Assembly (NCBI GenBank): GCA_020137815.1
Contig: CM035356.1
Span: 2,542,001-2,606,000, forward strand
From: Hormiphora californensis
Lineage: Eukaryota; Animalia; Ctenophora
Length of the DNA stretch: 64,000 bases
Direction: 5' to 3'
Notes under the pieces: generated by a model
The model's input: the letters and a program-made list of their open reading frames with translations, nothing else
Database searches by the model: none
What the model was told of the DNA's origin: nothing
Shown here: positions 1-12,600 of the stretch, piece after piece
Numbering within the stretch: the first letter of the stretch is position 1
How the letters are laid out: each line of letters opens with the position of its first letter
Program-made: the position numbers and the translations under genes

Positions 1-144
1 GTTTTTCCCACAACTCAAGTCCCTAAAAATCAAAGTTAATTTTTCAAAGAATCTAAACCCTGCATAAATAACTCAAAGTAACCCACATTACCCAAATATG
101 TTGAACGAATCTAAACTCTGCCAGTTTCTGTTTCTCTCCTTGGT

Positions 145-1776
145 TTAGTTCAACCATGAGTGCCCGGTAATGCCGTTATCCTCTAACCATTTACAAGTGT
201 CTGCAAATAGCCGGGTATCATCCCCGAATGCTGTAGTAACCACTGACCCGTCCTCCCCACGAGAGAAGATGGCACTAGTTTTCAGATCAAGAATCATGCT
301 CAGCATGGTCTGTTCAAGCTCCCTCTCTGGTCCCTCGGGCTGGGGGAGGATTCCAGCGGACCAGCTGTCTTGAGGCCAGCCAAAGAGTGCGTAGGTATCA
401 TAACCATGAGTTGCAGGCCAGGACTGCCCTGTAAATCCACTCGTAACTAGGTGGTGGGAAATGACAACTCGCTTGAATTTATAGTTTGTCGCAAAGTTAT
501 TCGCGGGACAAGTACTTCGCATATCCGTAACAAACTGGTTCCATATTCTGTTGGGATCAACCCCGGCGTAGGGCGTAACAACAAGGTCGTCTGCTGTAAC
601 TTCAATATTCTCATCAAGCTTGGGCATGAGCTTGTTTATGTTTGGAGCTGCAACGTTCCAGTTGGCCTCGATTAGAGCGTTCCAAGGAACCATTAGAGCA
701 ACCTCCTCCCTGAGATTGGACACATAGACTTCCTCACTAAAGTGTGGGGTATCCATATCTAGCACATCGTCGTCTTTGTATAGCATACCCACTGCATCGA
801 AAAGAGTGTTATTGTCTCGGTTAGGAAAATCAAAGTAGCCGTACCCTGGATTAGCATCAACCCCGTATGTAAGGGTAAAGTTATCAGCAGAGGCCTCTTT
901 CAGACAAGTCAACATGGCAGCATCTGTTTCTTCATTGCATCCAGTTTTCTTAATCCAGTTAGATGCACGCTGGATGGCTTCAACTTTGTCAGCAGTGGCC
1001 CATTCAGTTGCTGGACTAAGTGCGACGACCCTGTTGAAAATCACTGTTTCATCGACCTTCGCCTCGGAGGAGAAGAGGAGGGCTAGGACTGATGAAGCAC
1101 CGGCACTCTCTCCAAACACAGTCACGTCGGAAATATCTCCACCGAACATTCCTCCGTACTCCTGGACCCACTTCAGCACATTGATTTGATCCATTAGCCC
1201 GTTGTTAGGGGGAATACCGTAAAGCATCCCGTAACCAAGGAAACCAAGCCGGTAGTTGGCACTGATAACCACTGCATTCAGGTTCTTGGCGAATTTGTTG
1301 TTGGGAAAGTACCCAGCTTGGGAGTTAGATCCAGTAACCAGTCCCCCTCCATGGTACCAAACCACAATTGGGAGTTTGCCTGTCCGCTCAGAGGGAGCAC
1401 GGACTGTCAGTACCAGACAATCTTCGGTGGTGTTAAAATTATAGCCCATGTAAACACCCTGCACACAGCCAACATCAAAATTTTGATCGGCATACAGCCA
1501 ATGTTCCTCATCCACCAAAGTTGTTTTATCCTTGATTAATTTTGCCAAGTACGTATCCGGAACAAACTCTGACCGTTCAAATCGTCCAGGAAAGGCGTAG
1601 GGAATGTTGTAGAACTCATCAACGTCATCCACTAATTTCCCCTGGATGAACACTTCACCAGTCTTGACGAAGGGATCCTTGTCACCAGAGAGCGAGATAC
1701 ATACAAGGATTACAATCAGAGCGACAGAGAATATACCAATTCCTCCTCCCGCGATTATGAGCGTTTTTCGGTTCAT
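145..1776 (-). CDS. Type-B carboxylesterase / cholinesterase-fold hydrolase, intronless, N-terminal membrane anchor
   Basis: 543-aa ORF with EDCL, WYHGGG oxyanion-hole motif, NYRLG, GESAG nucleophile elbow, a C-terminal His candidate (ATHGYD) and a hydrophobic N-terminal segment. Confidence 0.93.
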   Translation of the reverse strand: MNRKTLIIAGGGIGIFSVALIVILVCISLSGDKDPFVKTGEVFIQGKLVDDVDEFYNIPYAFPGRFERSEFVPDTYLAKLIKDKTTLVDEEHWLYADQNFDVGCVQGVYMGYNFNTTEDCLVLTVRAPSERTGKLPIVVWYHGGGLVTGSNSQAGYFPNNKFAKNLNAVVISANYRLGFLGYGMLYGIPPNNGLMDQINVLKWVQEYGGMFGGDISDVTVFGESAGASSVLALLFSSEAKVDETVIFNRVVALSPATEWATADKVEAIQRASNWIKKTGCNEETDAAMLTCLKEASADNFTLTYGVDANPGYGYFDFPNRDNNTLFDAVGMLYKDDDVLDMDTPHFSEEVYVSNLREEVALMVPWNALIEANWNVAAPNINKLMPKLDENIEVTADDLVVTPYAGVDPNRIWNQFVTDMRSTCPANNFATNYKFKRVVISHHLVTSGFTGQSWPATHGYDTYALFGWPQDSWSAGILPQPEGPERELEQTMLSMILDLKTSAIFSRGEDGSVVTTAFGDDTRLFADTCKWLEDNGITGHSWLN

Positions 1777-2768
1777 TTTGTATCGTGACCACTACTAGAA
1801 AGAGGATTTGTTATACTTGCTACAATCCGTAGAGACGTGTTTAACTAAGATCTAAGCTGACTGCTGATGTGCCTAGAAAAAATTGAATGAAAATTGTTGA
1901 TTGTCATAGATTGCGGGAAAGTAGAGGAACTAATACAGGAATCTAATATAGGAAATAAGGTTCTAGTTCTCGACAAGAATCCGTCTAAGTAAGACTAGAC
2001 AAGAAATAACAGCTGCCGACAGGCAAAGTTGTGAGAAAAGAGTATGCCTAACAGCAGGACGCGGTGTTTTGAGGAAAAACAACCAGCTGGCCAGTAACTG
2101 GACACTACTGCAGCTGCAGACGGGTAACGAGAAATGAATAATAAGAAAAGGGAAAGCCGATAGCGTAAGAAATAGAGGGAATAAAAACAAAGAAAAAGAG
2201 GGAATAAAAACAACGGAATTGAGGGAATAAAAATGAGAAAAAATGACTAATGAGAAGTCAGGCTGGTGAAAGAATATAAAGAGGACAGAAAAATATAATA
2301 GGGCACAAGTGGAACATCTCAAGGGAGGCTGGCGACTCACTCTAACAGGTGGCAATGAAATAACATTTGGAGAAACTCGAACCCCATCATATTATTCAGC
2401 ATGGGTAGTAATGCAATATGGTACTGAATGTCCTACCAGACTTCCAACTTATTGTCCCAGGACAAAACAAACAGCCAACGTTTATAACAAAAACAAAGAA
2501 ATGGCTGTGTCAGTGGTGATGGCCACTTTGAACAAAATTGTGCCGAAATCAGGTCAACAGAAGGATATAAGAGAGTTGAATAAACAGACAGTTGATTGGT
2601 GTCACTGATCCGGTAGTAGTTGCTCACAATACAACAGTACAGGGGAAGCAATCAAAAACAGTAAATACCCTAAAGAGAGGAGACAGACTGGGAGAGAGAA
2701 AGAGAAATAAAGATAGAGATACAAAGAGAACGATAGGGAGAGGGGGGGGTCTAGAGAGAAAATATTAC

Positions 2769-2970
2769 GCTCCAGTTACAAATTGGAAACTGACGCCAGT
2801 TCCAGCTAGGAGACTCCTGCAGATGAACCACGCTGTGCACATCATCTACAATCACGTGACACAAATTTCCATGTGAATTGCATTGAAAGTTAGCAGCGCT
2901 GTGCGATATTATCATCATTTCGATTTGAAACTGGAAACTGATACCAGTTTCCAAATTTATAACTGGGCCC
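2769..2970. mobile_element. Small MITE-like element (~200 bp)
   Basis: Imperfect terminal inverted repeats gctccagttacaaattggaaactg ... cagtttccaaatttataactgggccc. Confidence 0.5.
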
Positions 2971-3122
2971 TTAGGATGTAATAGGTAAATATAAACAGAG
3001 AAATATCATTGATGAAAACAGAAATATTAATACGACTCTGTGGTGAAACAAAAACATTCAAAGGATGAAGCCGGAACGACAGAGAAATAAAAAAAATCGC
3101 TAGTTAAATAGTATCATCTTAC

Positions 3123-4136
3123 CCTTATCATGCGAGATAGGTCCCCAGCGTCTGCCAGCTCCAGAACAATATTCAACTGAGAGGGAAGATAGAGATAAAA
3201 GATGATGTAACTGAGGGAGAGCACAGGGAAGATAGAGTTGGTAAGAAACAGGCGGGGAGTTGTGAGAAATAGAAAGAGCATGGTTTGGAATTTGGTTGAA
3301 GTCCTAATGAAGTAAAGGATACCGATCATTACTGAAAAGGTATATTAATCCTGTCTGTTCCATGGCTCGAAAATTCTAAAATTCGCGACAGTGAATGAAA
3401 TTTAGTATCTGCTGATTTATGTTGTTTCTATCTCTAAGCTCTAGAGAATTCTACACCGTAACTCTAGCTCTCGTTACCTCGTTATCCTCGATGAATGAAG
3501 CCAGGTATTTTATTACGTTAGGATGATTCAGTTGCTGAAAAACAGAGAGATGTCAGGAGATAGAAAATGTCAGATTTAATAGAGTGCCAGAATAATCTTC
3601 CCCTTCTCAAATGTAAGAGAAGAATTGTTATGATATTGAGACATAAAACCTTGAGCAAGTCGATTTCTTTTAAGCAGTCGTTCCTTGCTTTGGCGTCCAT
3701 CATCTCATATATCTGGACTTTCTTGAGAGCAACTATAGAGTTGTCTATGTGTAACCGGGCCTTGTAGACTTCACTGAACTGACCCTTACCAACCTGGGGA
3801 CATGGAACTTGTTAAGAAAGCGTAGATTGCAGAAACTCTGGTTACTCTGGTCATGCCATGTCGTTACTGAACCTAACATGATGGCAAGGATGCTCCGTCA
3901 TATCAGCCACCCGCACAGCACTGCCTACAACGTGGTGCACAGCGTGGTCCGTGTGCGGCGTATTGCAGGTGGCCGATATGACAGAGCACCCCTGTGAATT
4001 GTGATCTAGGATTTGACTGATTCCTAAAAAGTACCTTTTTGTCTACGAGGAAATTTGACAGTTTCCCGTAAAGGACCTGTGGCGGTTCCTTCTTTAGTGT
4101 TCCCATGGGAGGGGGCATCGACTGGGTACCGGCCAT
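3123..4136 (-). CDS. NEK7: NEK6/NEK7-type Ser/Thr kinase, first four coding exons (4136-4035, 3793-3650, 3534-3478, 3176-3123); the rest lies left of the window
   Basis: GT-AG-bounded exons splice to ...YGKLSNFLVDKK/VGKGQFSEVYKA...VALKKVQIYEMMDAKARNDCLKEIDLLK/QLNHPNVIKYLASFIEDNE/LNIVLELADAGDLSRMIR, the NEK6/7 N-lobe. Confidence 0.92.
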
Positions 4137-4386
4137 TCTGAAACTACTGGTGGGGTTATTATCAGGGAACCAGGGAGTAAGACTGAGATGTTGGCCACTA
4201 CCGCGGGGTGACGAGTTTTTAAAAAAGTCGGTGTGTTTATACTTTGCTGCTCCCTGCCGTAGGGCTTAATTCAGTCAAGACTCAAGTGCATAGTCGCTAC
4301 ACCAGTGACCAGCTACTGCGTGAGACGCTCTGACCTCTTCTTAAATTTTCAAGCTTCAAAAAAAATAAAAATTCGAAGTAATACTA

Positions 4387-4486
4387 CACAACCCACTAGG
4401 GACCTCAGGGGTGAAACGGTGCAGAGCAGCCACTAGACACGGTGAGGTGTGAATCAAGTCATCATATGGTCCCTGTGTGGGTTGTG
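4387..4486 (-). ncRNA. Candidate box C/D snoRNA
   Basis: On the minus strand, box C ATGATGA (4465-4459) and box D CTGA (4408-4405) lie immediately inside an ~18-bp terminal stem (cacaacccactagggacc / ggtccctgtgtgggttgtg). Confidence 0.65.
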
Positions 4487-4617
4487 CAGAAAAATAACTT
4501 AATCAAACGCCTACACACTAAAAAATTGATAAATAATATAAAAATAGTCTCTCATCACTAATGACATTTCAAAGGTTGAAGTCAAAATTGTTTGACATGT
4601 TCCTTGTCTGTCAGCTC

Positions 4618-5460
4618 TCACACCGGGCCGAAGGCCCGGTGCGAGCTTACGCGAGCCGATAGACAGACTGCGTAGCATGGCAAAAAATTGTCCAGTGTTG
4701 GTGTTCTTATGGGTACCCTACAACCTCTCAAGCTCCTCAAAGTTGACCTAAGGATGGAGAATCTCAACTTTTGCTTTATTGTAGCCATTACCTCTGGATA
4801 TCTTTCTCCGTGTTTTTCCTCAATCCTTGAGGCGGCTTTCTTCAGGGTTTTCATGAATTCGTCTCCGAGTCCTCCTGTAGTTGACATTATCAGAGGGGTG
4901 AATGAGCCCCCTTCCACCATCTGTACTCTCCTCATGTAGCTTCTCTTCTTCCTCTGTTCATGGTCTCTGTACAGAGATGTTGGAGGTGTTGAGAGATATG
5001 ATGCAGAATTGGCATGGACAACTCTGACATCGAAGAAGTTCAGTTGTTCAGGCTGCCACAATCCGGTTCCGACAATGTCCATACGGGCATCCCTATCTTG
5101 ATTTGTCCAATGTGGGAGCCATCACAAGGTTGCAGGAGTCGTTCAGTCTCTAGTCTCTACTCCTTTCACACCTGCATAGCTGAGAATTTCAGCTGTAGCG
5201 TCTCGGATCTTGTCGTGTCTCATGATAGTGTATCCTCCTTTGGCACAACTGGGGCGTGGTTACATCGTTGTCCTTACCGCATGCAATCGGAGGTTAAGAT
5301 CAGGGAAGTGAAGTCCGAATCTTAGGCGCATAGCGTCATGGAATTCCTGCTTCGTGAGTTCGTAACCAAGACTATCGATTGGCCGAGCTGTTAGCCATGA
5401 GGATGCTCCTGGTTCATTGTTGAGAGCTAGGAGACGCTGGCCGTAACTATCCATCATTGT
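4618..5460 (-). mobile_element. 5'-truncated, frameshifted CRE-like (RLE-endonuclease) non-LTR retrotransposon
   Basis: GASSWLTARP...LTKQEFHDAMRLRFG, a broken Zn-knuckle (CACG...H...CAKGGYTIMRHD) and the RLE core D-IVGTGLW...FFDVRVVH...HEQRKKRSY...FTPLIMSTTGGLG. Confidence 0.8.
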
Positions 5461-6239
5461 GTGGATGATCTTGAAGTTCGAAGCGTGTTTTTTAATTTTG
5501 GGGTTTGTTTTTTATTTTCTAAAATTTCAACTTTTGACCATTTTCATCGCGCGCGCTAGAAATGTTTTCAATGCGCGTAATTTATTTGCGCGCACCATTT
5601 TTGCACAGCGTGGGATTTTAATTTTTTCAATTTTTGGATCCAAGTTGCAGTAGCAGACTATATAAACAGCTTTTTAAAATGAGATAAAATGATTAAACTT
5701 CGGGGATATAAAGTATCGCTAATATTGGGGTACACAAATATGCTAAAAGTCTGTCAGGCCAATGCTCTGACCACAGTTCTCGCGCGCTCTCCTTATTTGA
5801 GAGAAATGAGAATAGGGTTAGGCCAATGCTCTGACAGCTAAAAGTAAACTGAACTCAAAAATAGCTATAGTACTAGTCATAGATGGACGGTCGATAGACA
5901 TTCCTAGTAATTCCTAATCTCAAGGACACCTGGTGAGAAAGTACAAACAAACTCTGTATAATTATAAGCTACATTAATTCTAAACTCAATACCCTAGTCT
6001 CAAACCTGACACAAATCCACTATAAACTATAATAATCGGATAGAGTTCATGTCATTGATAAAAGCCAATGAGACACAATATAGTTCTGTACTGACATTGA
6101 TATGATTATTTATTAATTCAATTCGATACACAATTTCTATATCGAATTAGACAACGGTAATATTGATAGGATTCAAGGACCATTAGTGTATGAATTATGT
6201 GCATAAATTCTCTGTCTAAACTTAGGTAGTAACTAAACT

Positions 6240-6295
6240 TGTCTGGCGGTGCCGACCCCGTTTTGATTCTCAGATCGGGTCAGCACCGCCAAACA
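6240..6295. repeat. ~60-bp hairpin repeat family (tgtctggcgg...ccgccagaca); other copies near 47814-47882, 48261-48324 and degenerate ones near 31225 and 48730
   Basis: The same terminal inverted repeat and internal ccgttttga / agatc motifs recur at several intronic or intergenic sites. Confidence 0.6.
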
Positions 6296-6661
6296 GACCT
6301 AAACTGAGTATATTCGGATCGATAAACTAAAAATAATAAATGCGGGTAATAATAACAATGATAACAAGATTATCTTCGGTTTGTTTTATTTTAACTTCGC
6401 TATAAATGGTGAAAATACTAAAGTATACTGGTAAATATATTCCCATATTTTAGGGCGAACAATCAATAGTCTTTAGCTAGTAAATACTGGACCACACGCA
6501 CACTGAACTGATGCGAATTACTTTCAACTTGTCCAAATCTCAATATTCGATAATATATATGATCACGGATCATTGTTCAGCTAGATCTATAATTCAAGGA
6601 AATCCCACAAATAAAATGAGCTTGTTGTCGATATATCGGTACCAATAACTGGTTACCATGG

Positions 6662-9600
6662 TTACCATATTCCAGGGATAACGTTATACCGAACCATCTG
6701 AAAATAAAGTTGAGTATTAGTCCCAAAATAGCGGCATTATATCAGCAGACCCCCACGTGGGATGGAGTGGAACACTAGTTTACTAGTGGCAAGAACAAAT
6801 CAATGCAAAGAACAAATCAATGTTGTCTGACAGTTGGTTACGAAGTAACCCCTAATACGCAGTGAACTTGTGCGGAGGGGTAACTTCATTACCAAATCTG
6901 CCAGCATGATCAATACAAGTTAGCTATTGTGTACCTGCTGGTATTCTTTCCATGCTCGTGCTCCGTAGAACTCGGGGGACAACTTGTTGTAATTGTAGAC
7001 GGTGTGAATTGCAATTACCACTTGAACCAATAGGGGCAGGAACAGCAGGTTACCTTCAAATCCTGTAGATAGGGTAAATTTGAAATTTGAAATATTCTTG
7101 CAACAGAGTACGGTTTTCTCTGTCACGAGAATCTAAACGCGAGAATTTAGTTCCGAGAACAATTCACTAGATTTGTTTGTTATTCTGGAACTCCCTAATC
7201 TATACCCCCTTTGTACCTCTCCCATCTAGATATACCTGTAACAAGGACCATGGCAGCAGTAAGAACGAGTGTCCCGGAAATAAAGGGATACCGGACAAAC
7301 TTCCACAGTCCCGATACAGGGATCTTCTCATCTCCATTTGCTGCAAGGGTCGTCAGGCAGCCCAACATCCAGTGATTCTCACCTGGAAATGAGTAAGGAT
7401 CAGAAATTAAATATCTTTATAAAGGAGCAGTATTTATCTTTATAAAGGAGCAGTATTTTATCTTTATGAAGGAGTACTGTACCAGAAACAAGGTAATGTC
7501 CCTGAATGGTGGAGGCAGTGTGGAGGAAGAGGCCAGCGAGGAATGCTCCACACATTAGATAGGTCATCCAGCAACACGACATGCCCTTAATTTCACCTGA
7601 ACATACACAATTGATAAAACAATGGGTGAGAATAGTAATTTATCAGTAATAAACACTAAACAGTGAATAGTGATATTGATAGTTGTTGCTGTTTGACATA
7701 CCACCTGGAGCGGAGAGCACGTAACGCAGAGGGAGGAGAGTAAGGGCGGGTTGGGTGACGAAGTTCCAAACCATGAACCTCATACTGCACCTTCCGTCAA
7801 CCATTTCTGAAATAGGAATAGATTTATGGAGTTAGCCGGTAATTTTTAGCAAATAGTTATATTTTATAAGAGTATGTAGCCCTTTGTAACCCTTTTAGTT
7901 TCACTTTAATATTTCCCCTGTCCCATCTCAAAGGTTCAAAATATCCACTCAAAGCGTATGTCTGGATCTTTACTTGTCTCTCCTCAATGCACATTTTTCA
8001 AATATATAGCGAGTCTCTCTCTCTCCTATCCACATTTAATATAGTCTAACCAGGGCAAACTTTAACAGGATAATCCCCCCTTCTCTCCCTCTATCTTTCT
8101 CTATCTAACTCTCTCGCAAAGCATTCCCCAATGAATACCATTACGCTTATCATATCAGCCGCTATAACACTCACCTATCCTAGCTGAGGATCAATCTTTA
8201 TTTTTTATATTTCTCCATCGCAATAGTTTATTCAGAGAGACAGAGAACCCAGTGCTCAACTACAGTATGCAACTCACAGAAAGGGAGAGGGGAAAGGGAG
8301 CGAGTAGAGAGAGCACGGGGGCAGTCAATGAAGTTTTCTCTATTTGCGATCGGTACGATCGCCCCAGTTTCTAGTATCATAAATAATTATCCTAAATATA
8401 ATATTCCATTCATACAGACATGGAAAAGCCTTGGATTATTGTTATTGCTATAATAGTTTTGACGGTGTCTGCTGATATACCAATTACAGGTGTGTATAAG
8501 TGTTGCTAGCAATGGCTCCCAGAAATTTTTTTGACCCTGATAAGAAAGCGACTTCCTGTTAAGGTTTACAATACGTCTATAATATACGATAATCAGCTTC
8601 CCATATATAGTAATTTTCCCTTTTATTTAGAGTGGAGTGACACCAAGGTTATCGAAGAAAATATCAGCGACACCTTTCCCGTGGAGCTCCTTACAGGGAC
8701 AGAAAAGGTTTCTATCAACTTCTACTGGAACACCAAGACCTGGCGTCAGGTTGCTATTGAACAAGGTAGTAGTGTGTACTCGATATCGCGTTGTACTGGA
8801 GAAATATGGGGCTGGGAATCTTTTCCAGAAGCAATCCCAGATACACCAGAGAGACTTTGGAGGATTACTAAGAGTCCAGACGGGCTTCAGATCCATTTTA
8901 ATGGATTGAAAGTACTGGACTACATCTTCAAAAGTAGTCCTGTCCATGAAGAATTTAGGACACGCTGTGTGGACTTTTGGTCAGGAGAATCAGAAGGGAA
9001 ACTGGAGATCATTCTCTCTCTAGATAAGGGTACAAAGATGATGCGAGGTAAGATTGTTTAGAATGGTAACATTTACAAATACTAGCGATGCACTGGATCC
9101 CCCCCCCAATATCTCCCTATTTACACCCCTTTTTGTAGTTGTTGCGTGCCCTGAATTTCCCCGATATGGAATCACCCAGATCCAGCCGATAGGGACGGTG
9201 ATGAAAGTTAGTTGCATAAAAAGCACGGGGAAAGAAAGTACCGGCTTCATCGAATGTACAGAAAACAGGACCTGGTCTTCACTTAAATGTGTCGGTGGGT
9301 AAACTATTATATTTGAATTGTGTCCGGGGTTAATTTGGTTTAGTAAAATTTTTGTTAGTTGGTTAGGTTTTTGGGGGATCTTGTCTAGCTAGCTGGACAA
9401 TGGGCGTAACTGTTCATTAAAGCAGGGCCAGCTTTTGTGATTCAGTTCGCTCAGTTAGTATCCAATAATTTCCTTTTTGTGTTTTCTAATTAAATCTTTC
9501 TCTTTACCCGTTCAGCAGTACCCTTCTCCATTGCATAGTTACCAAAACATCATTCTAAATATCTTTTTCCCCGACGAACCTGCTGAAGAGAGGGTGGCCT

Positions 9601-12600
9601 TTTCCAGGCAGATAACCTTGGTAGCAGCCAGGAGGAAGGTCATGCCTAGAAGTGTAGCTGCCGGACAGGACAGGTCACCACCCATGAACTTGTTGTAAGC
9701 TAGGGGAGGGGGCTGTTGTTAGTGTGCTGGAGTTGACACAGCAGTAGTTCATCCGCTGAATATAACTTGTTGTATTTGTTAAGTTTTGTGTATAACTTTT
9801 ATTCCTTGTTAGTCTAGTGAAAACATGTTTTGACCCCCGAAATTTTTGATGCATTTATAATTCCTTCACCAAAATGTCCTCAAAGGCCTTCTGGGTGAGA
9901 TCCCAAAAGTCTACCAACCAACTCCTGGGGGAAGTACCCTTAATTGGCCCTAATTGGCTTGATGGTATAACTCGCCAATTTTGCTAACTCAGCTCTGGAG
10001 CGTCGTAGAGACCTTTCATTGGTCGCAATCGATCCGGAATATATGATTTTATATTAGTGCTATGAAGGTCCGAAGTCGCTATCTCTAACCGTTTAGCCGC
10101 TAATTGGATTTAACTGATTGATTGGACTTAATTGGGACCCTCGTATCTCAGCTCAGGGACATCGTAGAGACTTTTCATTGGTCGGAAACTGACCGGAATG
10201 TGCAAGTTTATATTAGTGCTATGAAGGTCCAAAGTCGCTATCTCCAACCGTTTAGCCGGAAATCGAACTTCTTTAAAACCGTTTTGTGCATGGTTATTGG
10301 GTTTGTAAGATTTTCTGTTTCTCAGCTCAGGAGCGTCGTAGAGACTTGATTCCGGTTGCAAACGAACCGGAATACCCAAGTTTATATTGACGCTATGAAG
10401 GTCCGAAGTCGCTATCTCCAACCAATTAGCCGTAAATTGGACTTAATTGACCTTAATTGGGCGAAATAGCCAAATAGACCGCAAATTAGTGGCAAAATGT
10501 CTAACAAGCTAATTCCTTCACTAAGTGACCCTAATGGGTCCCCCGAATCACCAAAAAAAATCATGGCCGATCGGAGTTGCAGAAGACCCTTATTTCCGGG
10601 TGGGCGCGGCACCAGTATTTTCAGGCAGATGCCAAAAACGTAACTTTCCTTTGGGAAGGAGTAGAGACAAATCTAAGGACATTAAAATGTGTAGCGTCCT
10701 CGCATTAGTGGGGGTAGACGCCCATAAAAAGTTCCTATCTCATTTTGTTAATTGGTTAATTAGATAATTAGTTGTGCGCATAGCCATATTTCCGATATTA
10801 TACGGTTTAAATGGCTCAGTCATGAATAAGGACCTGTTTTTGACCGCTGAACACGATTATTCAAGCAATATAATGGAACTCAGAGGTGTGAAAAGTGTCT
10901 TAATTAGGCAAAATTGGATTATGGATATAATTGGGTATAATTGGGTACGTTGACCATACATTATCTTACTAGATACACCCTAAAACCCACTTAAATATCT
11001 CCTAAAGCTCTCCCAGAACCCGGTCAGAGCCTCCTTAATACCCCTCAGACATTTCTAGATACCCTCAAAATCCACTAGATAGCCCTCAGAATTAACTAGA
11101 TACTCCTCCGATCCTTCAGATACCCTCAGACGGGCCTCAGACTCTGAGGCTCAGAGGCCACTAGATACCCCCTAGAATCACTAGTATGTGTCAACCACAT
11201 CGTATTGACGTCACCCAGCGCCCTCAGAATCCACTAGATGCCACACAGACCGTACTGGATACCCCTCAGACCCTATTAGATACCCTAATATCTCACCTGA
11301 TACCCCTCTGACCCTCCAACACAACATATAGACCATTTTAGATGCCCCTCTACCCTACTAGACGCCCCTCAGACCCTACTATACTAGATGCCCCTAAGAC
11401 CCTGCTAGAAACTACTAATATACGCCACAGCCCCTGCTAGATACTCCCAGATCAAACTAGCTACACCTTGGACCTTTCTAGATATCTCTTAGGTACTTAT
11501 AGACGTCCCCAAACACTTTTCGATATCTCTTATGCCCTTCAAGAACCCATCAGGGCATCCTAAATACCCCTCATACACTTCTAGAACCCCCTTATTACCA
11601 AAACTAGCATGGTCACAGATGTATCTACAACGACTCTTGGCTCTAAAGTAACAAAATCTGAATGGCATCTAGTTGATTATGAGGGGTATCCAATTGGCTC
11701 TAAAAGTATCTAGTAGAGTCTTAGGGAATATATAGCACAGCCTGAGGGGCATCTAGTAGATTCTAAATCCCACTAAAAAGGCGTCAGACTCTACTAGATA
11801 CCCATCGACTCCACTAAATACCCCCAGACAATTCTACTACTAGTTAGGGTCAAAAGGGTTTTTAGAAGGGTATGAGGAGTATATGCTTAGGCTTTTGCGA
11901 GGCCCTCAGGGTTTCTAGATGGGTATGAGAGATTTCTATAGAGTCTGGAGCGTCTAGAAGTGCCTAAGAGATATCTAGAAAGGTCTAAGGTGTAGCTAGT
12001 TGGATATGTGAGTATTAGCAGGTCTAAGCAGCTAAGGCGTATATTGGAAGTATCTGGCATGGTCTAAGGGGCATCTTTATGGTCTGAGAGGTAATACGTA
12101 TCTAGTTAGGGTCTAGTAGAGTCAAAGGGCCATTTAGCACTGCCTGAGGGATTTCAGGTAGAGTCAGAGAAATAACTAGAATGGTCTAAGAGTTAAATGG
12201 GAGGATCAGAGGAGTATCAGGTATCTAGCACGGTCTGATATGTATCAGGTAGGGTCTGAGGGGTATCCAGTACGGTCTGAGTGGCATCTAGTGGATTCTG
12301 AGGGCGCTGGGTGACGTCAATACGATGTGGTTGACACATACTAGTGATTCTGAGGGGGTATCTAGTGGCCTCTGAGCCTCAGAGTCTGAGGCCCGTCTGA
12401 GGGTATCTGAAGGATCGGAGGAGTATCTAGTTAATTCTGAGGGCTATCTAGTGGATTTTGAGGGTATCTAGAAATGTCTGAGGGGTATTAAGGAGGCTCT
12501 GACCGGGTTCTGGGAGAGCTTTAGGAGATATTTAAGTGGGTTTTAGGGTGTATCTAGTAAGATAATGTATGGTCAACGTACCCAATTATACCCAATTATA

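Noticed and set aside
2309-2608. 99-aa plus-strand ORF
   Set aside because: Non-ATG start, no recognisable motif or splice structure.
3870-3992. Possible extra exon inside NEK intron 1
   Set aside because: AG and GT sites exist but the peptide has no kinase similarity and would interrupt the conserved subdomain I.
4240-4340. Possible spliced-leader RNA or SINE upstream of NEK
   Set aside because: No convincing leader-donor-Sm-site arrangement or pol III boxes could be identified by eye.
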